Positions 21,366 to 32,863 of a DNA stretch of 36,253 nt are shown here, one piece after another. Under the pieces are notes generated by a model. That model was not told the origin of the DNA, searched no databases, and worked only from the letters and a program-made list of their open reading frames with translations. The DNA lies in NCBI RefSeq assembly GCF_001194135.2, contig NC_068989.1, forward strand, positions 84,455,729 to 84,491,981, read 5' to 3'. The first letter of the stretch is position 1. Every line of letters starts with the position of its first letter. The stretch is from Octopus bimaculoides (Eukaryota). The position numbers and the translations under genes were made by a program.

Positions 21366-22062
21366 AGACACTACACAGAGGAATACCACCTGCTCTGCTT
21401 TGTTAAGGGTCGGGCATGTCTCACAACGGATTTGGCTTATAGCTGGATTCATACAACATAGGACAACATCTGTTTCACACAACATGTGAAGCCACCAATG
21501 CTCAGACAATGTGCTGTGTGGTTTCATTGCTTCATGCACAGCTGGGACAGTCCTGTCTGGTAGCACTTTGATACTTTGTAGTGTTTATCTCAAGCCAGCA
21601 GTGCCCCTCTGTAGCACTGCCAACCAGTGATTTCCAGAACTCATCTATTGTAATCGCTGACCCAAAGCCTCTCTGAAACAGGCTGGCTCATTCATCATCA
21701 TCATCATCATCATTGTCTAAAGTTACCTCAAGAATGTCATTATTCTCACCGTCACAAGATCTCTATATTTTGCTCATATAGAACCTCCACTGAACATGTT
21801 GCCCTACTGATAGAGGGCCGTGAGCTTTTTACTTTAAATATGACTCTTGTCTTTATCAAAGCCAGTGACCATGTACGGCTTCCTGTATTGACTTGTGAGC
21901 AAGCATGCTTGTGTGTGTGTGTGTATGTATGTGTGTGTGTGCACATGCGCCCACAGGTGTGATATAATGAATGTATTGTGTAGTGTGATATGATATGATA
22001 TGATATATTTTGTGGTGGGATAATGAGTTTGCCTTGTGTTGTGACAGCTGATATATTTTGTA

Positions 22063-22277
22063 TACTCTTTTACTTGTTTCAGTCATTTGACTGCGGCCAT
22101 GCTGGAGCACCGCCTTTTAGTCGAGCAAATCGACCCCAGGACTTATTCTTTGGAAGCCTAGTACTCGTTCTATCGGAATATTTTTGTCGAACCGCTAAGT
22201 TACGGGGACGTAAACACACCAGCATCGGTTGTCAAGTGATGTTGGTGGGGACAAACACAGACACACAAACATATACA

Positions 22278-22327
<50 letters not shown>

Positions 22328-22340
22328 CATATATACGACG
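22063..22340 (-). mobile_element. SINE family 1, 3' half only (ends just past the internal microsatellite)
   Basis: tail through (CA)n(TA)n and cgacg, then unrelated sequence. Confidence 0.92.
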
Positions 22341-22559
22341 TAATGAAATGTGATGCATGTGTACCTGATATATGTTGTATGCATGTGTATATAATGTGTT
22401 GTGATGCAATGTGTTGGATGTGTGTGTATATATATATATAGAGTGTTGCAATGTAGTAACTGTGTGTTGTGTTGTTGTATCAACTCATTGATACCAATAT
22501 CACGAGTTATACCAACAATTGTTATTCACAATTACATTGACTACCACTTGCACAACTAA

Positions 22560-23257
22560 TATCACTACACACCTCTTCTAGTACTACTACCTCTGCTACC
22601 ACATGCCACTACTAGCACTACTACAACCATACACAGCTACTAGTATTACTACTACTGCATACTACTACTACTACTACTGCCACCACTACCAGTAGTACTA
22701 CTGCTTCTACCACTACGGGTACAACCGTAACCCCTACTACTACTACTACTACTTCTACTCGTACTGTCACTGCCATATCCACTACATATCGTCTGTAAAG
22801 TCACTAAGACGGCTGTACACCACCCAACTACCACAGCTGCTGCCACCGACACTAGTACCCCTACCACTACTGTGACTGCTGTACACAACTACCACCACTA
22901 CCACCACCATCACTACCACCACCACTACCACACTCTACAGCTGGGAACCCATCAGTAGAATGTCTCCCAGTAGTTCTCCTCTGACTCTGAACTACTTTAC
23001 ACATCACTGACACCACCACCACCACCACCGCCACCACTACTACTACTACTACATACACCACTACACATATATACCACTCTCAAACGCCAAACTACTTTAC
23101 ACACCCCACTACACATGCTCACTACTACTACTTCTATGACTACTACTACTACTACTGCTGCTGCTGCTACTTCTATGACTACTAACACTACCACCACCAC
23201 CACCACCACCACCACTGCTGCCATAAATATTACCACCGCTATTACTACTACTACCAT

Positions 23258-23310
<53 letters not shown>

Positions 23311-23720
23311 TCACTACTACTACCACTGCCTCCACTATACCACCACCATCACTACTACTGCTGCTGCTACTGCTGTACAACCATGTCACACTCTCACAAC
23401 CATTCTGCGCTGTCAACCACAACCACGCAGTCACAACTGCACCATGCAGTCACAACCATGCTGCGCTATTGCATACATCGCTACCACCTACGCATGCCAT
23501 TTCTCCTTTGCACCACACACCGCTACCACTATCGCACAAAGATCATGCCTCCTCATTCAGCTGACCATCACTCCATATTATGGAACTACTTTAACAAGGC
23601 TGACCTGAGGGCTACAACAAGAACACCCACCTCTACTACCGCCCACACTTCTTTTCACTGTTGTCCTCTTCTCTAGCTACCACTATAGCCAGTCTCCTCC
23701 TCCTACTACTACTAATATAT
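22560..23720. repeat. about 1.1-kb (ACT/ACC/GCT)n low-complexity array
   Basis: visible trinucleotide repeats; origin of the poly-Thr/poly-Val ORFs. Confidence 0.9.
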
Positions 23721-23746
23721 ATATACACACATATACACACACATAC

Positions 23747-23784
<38 letters not shown>

Positions 23785-23887
23785 TACTATGTCTTACATA
23801 ATCATTGCTGCTAGTGTATGTGAGACTATTACTATTTGATGTCATGTAGGATTTCTTGGACAATATTCAGGTGTGTGTGTGTATATA

Positions 23888-24300
23888 TACTCTTTTACTC
23901 TTTTATCTGTTTCAGTCATTTGACTGAGGCCATGCTGGAGCACCACCTTTAGTCAAACAAATCAACCCCAAGACTTAATTCTTTGTAAGCCTAGTACTTA
24001 TTCTATCGGCCTCTTTTACAGAGCTGCTAAGTTACAGGGACGCAAACACACCAGCATCGGTTGTCAAGCGATGTTGGTGGGTGGGGGACAAACAGACACA
24101 CAAACATATACACACACATACATATATATACATATATGACGGGCTTCTTCCAGTTTCCATCTACCAAATCCATTCACAAGTCTTTGGTCAGCCTGAGGCT
24201 ATAGCAGAAGACACTTGCCTAAGGTGCCACGCAGTGGGACTGAACCCAGAACCATGTGGTTGGTAAGCAAGCTACTTACCAAACACCCACTCCTGCGCCT
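23888..24300 (-). mobile_element. SINE family 1, full length
   Basis: from tactcttttactctttt tail to actcctgcgcct head. Confidence 0.94.
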
Positions 24301-24341
24301 ATGTGTGTGTGTATGTGTATATATATTTATATATATATATG

Positions 24342-24379
<38 letters not shown>

Positions 24380-24580
24380 TTTCGTGATGCAAACAAGAAA
24401 AACAGAACTAAATATGAGTATATATTGATATATANNNNNNNNNNNNNNNNNNNNNNNNNNNNNNNNNNNNNNNNNNNNNNNNNNNNNNNNNNNNNNNNNN
24501 NNNNNNNNNNNNNNNNNNNNNNNNNNNNNNNNNNNNNNNNNNNNNNNNNNNNNNNNNNNNNNNNNNNNNNNNNNNNNNNN

Positions 24581-24611
<31 letters not shown>

Positions 24612-24739
24612 TTAGTATTCTGATGAGTATTAACACATGAAGCTCTCAGCCCTTGTGTCGTCACTCTATTGCTTTTGTTAAATGTTAATATATACACTCA
24701 GACACACACACACACACACACACATACGCACACACATTA

Positions 24740-24900
24740 TTTACCATCTGCTTTCTATGCCGGCATGACTGCGCCAAACTTTACTTCTCTGCTTTGACAT
24801 GGTTTCTGTGACTGGATGCCCTTCCCAATGCCAACCATTTTACTGAATGTACTGGGTGCTTTTTTTATATGGCACCAGCACCAGAGAGGTCACCAAATAA
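24740..24900 (-). mobile_element. diverged RTE-type tail variant
   Basis: ctgctttctatgccggcatg..actggatgcccttcccaatgccaacc..ctgggtgctttttt. Confidence 0.6.
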
Positions 24901-25099
24901 TTTACAAGGCAAAACCCCTCAACCTAGAGGGGAAGAAGTAGAGAAGGAGATGGCTTTGTAGCAGGGGACAAGAAGTTTGAGTGTTAATAGAGTGACAGAA
25001 ATAGGCATCTCGCTGTAAAAGAGATACATTGCTAGCTCGGTAGGAAGAAAGAAGGGTGTTGCATGTGTGTGTGTGTGTGTGTGTGTTACTCTCTCCTTG

Positions 25100-25320
25100 C
25101 CTTGACATTGTATGGTAGCTGTAAATGAGTCTCACTGTCATGCATATGGTGTCTTTCATTTCCAATCTTCCTTGAAAGCATGTCTAGTCATGGGGAACAT
25201 GGCCTTATTTGGAAGAAGGTGAGGGTTGGTGACAGGACGGGCATTCATCTAGAATATCTGCCTCAACAGATCCATGCCAGCATAGAAAGGTGGAGGTTAA
25301 GCAATGATGATGATGATGTC
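25100..25320 (+). mobile_element. diverged element with a different body but RTE-type (GAT)n tail
   Basis: gggttggtgacaggacgggcatt..ccatgccagcatagaaaggtggaggttaagcaat(gat)n parallels the family 3 tail; upstream body differs. Confidence 0.6.
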
Positions 25321-25505
25321 ATATAATCTGCCCTTTATTCTCATTGCAAAGTCCTTTGTCGTCAGCAAGAGTAAATTGTTCCCTGCAAATTTTTACCATT
25401 GTCTATCCTGGCTATTGTTAATTAGGTTAACGAATAATAAAAAACTGTCAACTACTTCATGGGAAGTAACAAAGCATTCAAAGGAGTTTGTTTTATAGAT
25501 ACCAC

Positions 25506-26108
25506 AGGCGTGACTATGTGGTAAAAAGTTTGCTTCTCAACCACATGGTTCTGGGTTCAGTCTCACTGTAAGGTACTTTGGGCAAATGTCTTCTACTATA
25601 GTCCCAGGCCAAGCCAAAGCCTTCTGAGTAGATTTGTAAATGGAAACTAAAAGAAGCCCATCATATTTATGTATGTGTATACAGATCTTACTCTGCAGAC
25701 TCTGAAGATGATAGTTTTTGTAAAGGTCATTCACTTTTTACAATCGATCCCCAGTTAGCCAATTGGGTCGATAGAACTATGAACGCACCTAAAAGGTGTA
25801 TCAGAAACAGCTGTAAGTCTACGATGCACAAATAAATAAATGTGTAAAAACCATTATTTTTGCCTTTTCTATGTATATGTCTGTGGGCATGTCTGTCTTT
25901 GTGTTTGTCCACCAACACCACCACCATTTGACGACTGGTATTGGTTTGTTTCCATCCCCATAATTTAGTGGTTTAGTAAGTGAGACCAATAGAATTAGTA
26001 CTAGGCTTGAAAAACAATTAAATACCAGGGTTGATTTGTTCAAATAAACCCTACATGACAGTGCCCCAGCATGGTCACAGTTCAATGACCAAAGCAAATA
26101 AAAAATAA
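25506..26108 (+). mobile_element. SINE family 1, old copy with about 190 bp of extra sequence at the internal microsatellite
   Basis: 5' half 25506-25682 and 3' half about 25870-26108 match the family; the middle does not. Confidence 0.8.
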
Positions 26109-26109
26109 G

Positions 26110-26870
26110 ATGTACAGATTTCCTCACTGCTAACTACTTTTGTGTGGAGGCGCAATGGCCCAGTGGTTAGGGCAGCGGACTCGCAGTCATAGGATCGCGG
26201 TTTCAATTCCCACACCGGGCATTGTGAGTGTTTATTGAGCGAAAACACCTAAAGCTCCATGAGGCTCCGGCAGGGGATGGTGGCGAACCCTGCTGTACTC
26301 TTCCACCACAACTTTCTCTCACTCTTACTTCCTGTTTCTGTTGTGCCTGTAATTCAAAGGGTCAGCCTTGTCACACACTGTCACGCTGAATATCCCCAAG
26401 AACTACGTTAAGGGTACACGTGTCTGTGGAGTGCTCAGCCACTTGCACGTTAATTTCACGAGCAGGCTGTTCCGTTGATCGGGTCACCTGGAACCCTCGA
26501 CGTCGTAAGCGGCGGAGTGCCAACAACAACAAATACTTTTGTGCACCTGTTATACTGACGGTGTTTCTCTGTCAACCTGGTTCTGATCCACTTCATTTTG
26601 TATGTCTTACATCGAGTCCCCTGCACAGAATTCCAACTTAACTTCTCTACATATCAAACCATTTTCCAGATGGTAGTCCTGTCTTCTTTCCAGCTAATTA
26701 AATCTTTTGTCTATGTTAGATTTATTCTAAGGTTTCTTGATTCTAGGCTCTGCTTCCACATTTTTAATTTCTTCTCTAATTCTTCGACGAATTCTGCTAT
26801 GAGAACTAGGTCACCAGCTTATAGAATTTCCCATGTATAGCCAATCTTAAATTGCTCTATTGCAGTTGTG
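26110..26870 (-). pseudogene. decayed RTE-clade reverse transcriptase fragment, interrupted by a SINE
   Basis: TAIEQFKIGYTWEIL*AGDLVLIAEFVEELEKKLKMWKQSLESRNLRINLT*TK (YADD decayed to *AGD), then PSGKW, ICRE, NSVQGTRCK, RLTEK..RCT. Confidence 0.85.
26145..26533 (+). mobile_element. full-length tRNA-derived SINE (tRNA-Arg-like head) with (CAA)n tail and 10-bp TSD
   Basis: head ggaggcgcaatggcccagtggttagggcagcggactcgcagtc..ggtttcaattccc with A and B boxes; tacttttgtg at 26135-26144 and 26534-26543. Confidence 0.88.
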
Positions 26871-27035
26871 TACCAAAACTCCCCATTCAAAACGGGTGGG
26901 AGTAATCCCATTAAATTGTTTGATGCTGATAAAATTTTTCTTTTCTAGGAGGGAAGAATGTAATGTGCATGCCTGTGGGTTTCCATACTTAGAGCCAGAA
27001 GTAGTCTAGACTACCATAGAATTAACACATACAAC

Positions 27036-28030
27036 AGAGCTCTTACCCCTGCTGGCGACAAAGGGACTCTCACTCAGAGTAAAAGGCAGACTGTATGACG
27101 CATGCGTACGAACAACCATGCTACATGGCAGTGAAACATGGGCTGTAATTGCTGAGGACATACATAAGCTCGCAAGGAATGAAGCCAGTATGCTCCGTTG
27201 GATGTGTAATGTCAATGTGAATACCCGTCAGAGTGTAAGTATCTTGAAAGAAAAGCTGAACATTAGAAGCATCAGTTGTGGCGTGCAAGAGAGACGATTG
27301 CGCTGGTATGGACATGTGGNNNNNNNNNNNNNNNNNNNNNNNNNNNNNNNNNNNNNNNNNNNNNNNNNNNNNNNNNNNNNNNNNNNNNNNNNNNNNNNNN
27401 NNNNNNNNNNNNNNNNNNNNNNNNNNNNNNNNNNNNNNNNNNNNNNNNNNNNNNNNNNNNNNNNNNNNNNNNNNNNNNNNNNNNNNNNNNNNNNNNNNNN
27501 NNNNNNNNNNNNNNNNNNNNNNNNNNNNNNNNNNNNNNNNNNNNNNNNNNNNNNNNNNNNNNNNNNNNNNNNNNNNNNNNNNNNNNNNNNNNNNNNNNNN
27601 NNNNNNNNNNNNNNNNNNNNNNNNNNNNNNNNNNNNNNNNNNNNNNNNNNNNNNNNNNNNNNNNNNNNNNNNNNNNNNNNNNNNNNNNNNNNNNNNNNNN
27701 NNNNNNNNNNNNNNNNNNNNNNNNNNNNNNNNNNNNNNNNNNNNNNNNNNNNNNNNNNNNNNNNNNNNNNNNNNNNNNNNNNNNNNNNNNNNNNNNGGCA
27801 CATAAAAGACACTATTTCGAGCGTGGCCGTTTTCGTGCGGGTGACACGTAAAAGCACTCACTACACTCTCTGAGTGGTTGGCGTTAGGAAGGGCATCCAG
27901 CTGTAGAAACTCTGCCAAATCAGACTGGAGCCTGGTGTTGCCATCCGGTTTCACCAGTCCTCAGTCAAATCGTCCAACCCATGCTAGCATGGAAAGCGGA
28001 CGTTAAACGATGATGATGATGATGATGATG
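27036..28030 (+). mobile_element. RTE-clade LINE, 5'-truncated: ORF C-terminus, gap 27320-27796, 3' UTR and (GAT)n tail
   Basis: ELLPLLATKGLSLRVKGRLYDACVRTTMLHGSETWAVIAEDIHKLARNEASMLRWMCNV..RSISCGVQERRLRWYGHV is typical RTE post-RT sequence; continuity across the gap is inferred. Confidence 0.88.
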
Positions 28031-28130
28031 AACATGATACTCTTAGCTGTGTGACTAAACAACTGAACTAAATAAACTTGGAAAACAGCTGCCAGGTTTT
28101 TACAGTGTCGTTATGTGTGTGTGTGTGTGT

Positions 28131-28494
28131 GTGTGGTAAGAGGTTTATTTCCCAACTACAGGGTTCTAGGTTCAGTCCCACCACATAGTACCTTGGGCCT
28201 GTATCTTCTGTTATAGCCCTGGGCCAACCAAAGACTTGTGAGTGGGTTTGGTAGATGGAAACTGAAAGAAGCCCATTGTATATGTATGTATGTATGCATG
28301 CATGCATGTGTGTTTGTATGTGTGTCCCCATCACTGCTTGAAACCAATGTTGGTTTGTTTGCATCCTTGTAACTTTGTGGCTCTGGCAAAGAGACTGATA
28401 GAATATAAGTTCTAAGGTTGGTTCATTCAACTAAAACCCTTCAAGGCAAGCGCTCCAGCATGGCCGCAGTCTAATATCTGAAATAATAAAAAGA
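28131..28494 (+). mobile_element. SINE family 1, older copy
   Basis: gtgtggtaag..ggttcagtccc..ccttgggc..ggaaactgaaagaagccc..ctccagcatggccgcagtc. Confidence 0.88.
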
Positions 28495-28517
28495 TGGAAG
28501 ATGCATATTGTGTGTAT

Positions 28518-28720
28518 ATCATCATCATCATCATCATCATTTTTATGTCCACTGGCTTGGGTTGGACGGGTCATCATGCTTTGATTCATTCCCTTTTGGG
28601 TTCTGCCCCTCCTACAAACCGTTATTCATATGTGGTGTTATTTGGCTGGGTTTCTACGACCGGACACTTCCTCCTACTGCCAACCTCTTCGCAGAGGGCA
28701 CTAGGTACTTTTTTCTGCAG
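28518..28720 (-). mobile_element. decayed RTE-type tail
   Basis: (atc)n then tatgtccac..gggttggacgg..gtttctacgaccggacacttcctcctactgccaacc. Confidence 0.55.
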
Positions 28721-28902
28721 CACCAACACCAGACCTCAGAACCCTGTGCATTCCCTACTCAAACTTGCCTCACATCTTATAGGGTAGAGGGCACCCAGGA
28801 CTGACTTGGTGCCTTTATACCGTTTTGTCTACAGTGAGAATTTTTCTCCATGACAAAATGCAATGACTAGTTTCCTTATGAGTTTAGAGTTTATTCTGTT
28901 AT

Positions 28903-28949
28903 CCTTTTACGTGTTTTAGTAATTCGACTGCGGCCATGCTGGAGCACCA

Positions 28950-28984
<35 letters not shown>

Positions 28985-29204
28985 TTGAAGAAATCAACCC
29001 CCGGACTTATTCTTTGTAAGCCTGGTACTTATTCTCTTTTGGGACATAAACACACCAGCATTGTGATGATGGGGGTGCACAAACACAGACATAAAAATAC
29101 ACACACACACTCACAGATGATGGACTTCTTTCTATCTGTCTCTTTTGCCGAACTGCTAAGTTATGGGGACATAAACACAGACATAAAGACACACATACAT
29201 AAAC

Positions 29205-29244
<40 letters not shown>

Positions 29245-29360
29245 GACAGGCTTCTTTCAGTTTCCATCTACCAAATCCACTCACGGTGTTTTGGTCAGCC
29301 CGAGGCTATAGTAGAAGACACTTGGCCAAGGTGCCATGCAGTGGGACTGAACCCGCAACC
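28903..29360 (-). mobile_element. SINE family 1, internally rearranged, with expanded T run
   Basis: family segments present out of order; the gggacataaacac block occurs twice (about 29041 and 29165); T run 28952-28982. Confidence 0.85.
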
Positions 29361-30087
29361 TGGCTATAGGAGTCCAGTAAATTGAAATGGGAATCAAAGG
29401 AGTCCATAGGTACAAGATGGTGAAGAACCAGTGCCTTATAGGGTGAACTGAGCTCATTGTGTTGTACCATTACTAGAAAGATTGTCTTGTTCACCTGTCA
29501 CTTTGAGGGAGCATGAGTTGTCGCCTGTTTTGTTGTAACGCCAGTACATTGGTAGTGGTGTGTGTGTGTGTGTGTATGGGGAGGAATACTTTGTATACAA
29601 AAGAGTTCAGAGTGTATTTAGAGCTAGATCATGTTGACTAGGGAAACCAGGTGGGGCAGAGAATAATGCCAGTGACGAAGGCAGAAAAGAGTGGAGGAAG
29701 GAAGTACGTGCCAAGAGTACTCACAAAAACCTAGGGTGTGTATATTTCCCCAGGTGACAAAGGATGGGTTGGAATAAAGAGAGATAGAGAGAGAAAGAGA
29801 GAGAGAGAGGAGGAGATGATATCAGAACATTGATGGCTGGATTGAACAAAGGGAACAATAGTATGATGTAAGCAGCAAGGTTATTTGGGGGTGGAGTAGG
29901 GAGTGATTGGCAACCTCAGAGCTGGACAAAGATAAGGGTGAGTGATGGAATAAGATAAATATTTGGTGATGGGTAGCACTGGAAGTGACTCCAAGAGGGT
30001 GGAGAGTGTAGTAGCTGGTAGGGGTAGAGAGTGAGAAAGGGGTGCTCTAACAAGGAATTTATAGAGGTATGAGGATGGTCCAGTAAC

Positions 30088-30579
30088 AGTCTCATATACA
30101 TTGATCCTAATGAAAGGATGAGGGTAGAATGATGCAGTCTCTTTTGCATCTATGCATACAGACATGCTTCTATATGTGCATGCCTCCCATCACACACACA
30201 CACATAGCTAGGTACTGAGTTCAAATCTTATCAAAGCCAACTTTAATGTTCATTTTTGTATTTTTTGGCTTTTTTTTTTGTGGTTGATGGAGTTGCAGTT
30301 TTGGCCTGTGGATCAGTAGGATTGTTAGATTATTGAATAAGACAGTTGAGGAAATGGCCCTCAAGATATGACTGGTATTCTATTGACCACCAGATGGATG
30401 AAAAGCAAAGTATAGTCTCATATACATTGATCCTAATGAAGGGATGAGGGTAGAATGATGCAGTCTTTTTTGCATATATGCATACAGACATGCATCTGTA
30501 TTGAATAAGACAGTTGAGGAAATGGCCCTCAAGATATGACTGGTATTTTATTGACCACCAGATGGATGAAAAGCAAAGT
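30088..30579. repeat. interleaved local duplication A-x-B-A'-B'
   Basis: A 30088-30167 matches 30414-30493; B 30331-30411 matches 30499-30579. Confidence 0.92.
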
Positions 30580-31405
30580 CCACCCCCTAGAATCAGTATG
30601 TGTGTGTGTGTGAGAGAGAGAGAGAGTGATTGTGTGTGTGTGTGAGAGAGAGAGAGAGTGATTGTGTGTGTGTGTTTGATGGGGAAGGCGGTACAGCTGA
30701 CAGCATCATTCCAGTGACATGAGCAAGAGCAACATTAACTGTAACAGCAACAACATCTACAATAACAACACGTTCTTGTTGTTGTTGTTGTTGTTTGTTG
30801 AAGATGTTACTTTTGTTGTTGTCGTTGTTGTTGTTGTTGCTGCAGTTTATATATATATCGATGAATGGGAAGAATAATTTGGTGATGTAGATGTAGCTGT
30901 GAGTGGTGTGTGATACAGTAAGTAAGCCTTGTGTGTGTGTGTGTGAGTGTTCACACATGTATACACACACACACACACACACGTACATTCTGTGTGTTCA
31001 AGAGAGCCGCGGCGCTTGTTGTAGTCCCTTGCTTCCACTTCACACTTATGACTCAGTTTCTCCTCCATCTTCCACTTCCTTCATCCAAACATACCATCCT
31101 TGTACCTGCCGCCACGCCACTGCTGCTGTTAGTGGTGGGGATGTTATGGTGATGACGACGACGATGACGACAATGATGATGATGATGATGGTTGATGTTG
31201 CAATGGTGGTGGTAGCAGTGTTGATAGTGGTGGTGGCGGTGGTGATTTTACTAGTTGTTTTGGTCTTTCAGTTAGTCGCCCACCTCTCTCTCTTTACTTT
31301 CTCACTTCTGTTGTTTTTTTTGTTGTTTTTTATTTTACCCCACAGTTACTCAGTTCTTTGTGATTTTTCGCTATACATAACAATGACAAACTGCTGCAGC
31401 ATCAT

Positions 31406-31409
<4 letters not shown>

Positions 31410-31447
<38 letters not shown>

Positions 31448-31468
31448 CTGTATATCTATATCTATATA

Positions 31469-31536
<68 letters not shown>

Positions 31537-31590
31537 GTATGTATGTATGTATGTATGTATGGATATGTATGTATGTATGTATGTATATGT
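31410..31590. repeat. (CA)n(TA)n(TATG)n compound microsatellite
   Basis: visible tandem repeat. Confidence 0.95.
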
Positions 31591-31995
31591 ACACACACAG
31601 AACATTAAGCAGCAGGAACATGAATAATACATACATATATACATGCAACACTGAGAATGAAAAAACAACAGCAGTAACATACATCTACACATGCACGCAC
31701 GCACACACACACATGCACATACACACAAACACACACACACACACTTGTACTTTTTTGATTCCCGTCATTGGACTTTTTGCCATACTGGATCACCGCCTTC
31801 AACTGTTTAATCAATCACATCAACCGTGAAACATCTTTTTCCTTCTTGTATGTATTTTATCAATGTCTGTTTGTTGAACTGCTAGTTTACATAAAAATAA
31901 AAAGCACTAGTTTAAAAAAAATTTTTTTTTTAGTCTATAAGCATTCTCATGTCACACGCTCCATTTCTTAAATTCCATTCTTGATATTTTGGCAG

Positions 31996-32019
31996 CCCTA
32001 ACCCTAACCCTAGCCCTAA
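31996..32019. repeat. short telomere-type (CCCTAA)4 run flanked by a 10-bp direct repeat
   Basis: CCCTAA CCCTAA CCCTAG CCCTAA; attttggcag at 31986-31995 and 32019-32028. Confidence 0.75.
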
Positions 32020-32039
32020 TTTTGGCAGTCATTAGGGTA

Positions 32040-32150
32040 GTTATCAGTGCATTGGATAGACTGACTTGCTGTATTTGTTTTAGTTTTCTGGGTTCAAATC
32101 TCACCAAGGTTAGTTTTGCCTTTCATCCTTCTGAGGTCAGTAAATAATGA
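32040..32150 (+). mobile_element. decayed SINE family 2 fragment
   Basis: ctgggttcaaatctcaccaaggttagttttgcctttcatccttctgaggtcagtaaa. Confidence 0.6.
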
Positions 32151-32413
32151 ACATAGAGAAGCCGCCTTAGGGAGGCACCTTTGTGATATTTCCCTGGCTT
32201 TTTCCATTGAGTTCAAAGTCCACCTAGGGATTCAGTTGCCATTGGCATCCAGAGATGATCGCGTAACTACTGCAATGTAGTTAATTATGAAAGTTGCGAT
32301 GAATGAAAGAGGATTGTAAACTCCCTGGTGGTGACTTACAACATGGGGTTATAGTTGGAGACATTTGGTCAGGGTACCAGTGCCGTGATATTGAAACAGG
32401 AACCATCTAGATG

Positions 32414-32640
32414 TTACTCTTTTACTCTTTTACTTGTTTCAGTCATTTGACTGCGGCCATGCTGGAGCACCGCCTTTAGTCGAGCAAATCGACCCCAGGA
32501 CTTATTCTTTGGAAGCCTAGTACTTATTCTATCAGTCTCTTTTTGCTGAACCGCTAAGTGACGGGGACGTAAACACACCAGCATCGGTTGTCAAGCGATG
32601 GTGGGGGGACAAACACAGACACACAAACACACATATATAC

Positions 32641-32691
<51 letters not shown>

Positions 32692-32863
32692 CATATATAC
32701 GACGGGCTTCTTTCAGTTTCCGTCTACCAAATCTGCTCACAAGGCTTTGGTCGGCTCAAGGCTATATTAGAAGACACTTGCCCAAGGTGCCACGCAGTGG
32801 GACTGAACCCGGAACCATGTGGTTGGTAAGCAAGCTACTTACCACACAGCCACTCCTGCGCCT
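32414..32863 (-). mobile_element. SINE family 1, full length, young-looking
   Basis: complete from (GAGTAAAA)n tail to aggcgcaggagtggctgtgtggtaag head. Confidence 0.95.

Noticed and set aside
22560-23720. Mucin-like poly-Thr / poly-Val ORFs (also 13140-13240, 18048-18450, 30903-31535)
   Set aside because: Pure trinucleotide low complexity, open in several frames and strands, no splice or composition support
26930-27008. Acceptor tttttcttttctag followed by REECNVHAC, reminiscent of a thrombospondin repeat end
   Set aside because: Too short, no convincing donor and no partner exon; lies between two RTE remnants
1183-27954. Long ORFs in the track that span N runs (for example 1183-2205, 8748-9662, 15225-16352, 27121-27954)
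   Set aside because: They are open only because N codons translate as X; the flanks are microsatellite or repeat sequence
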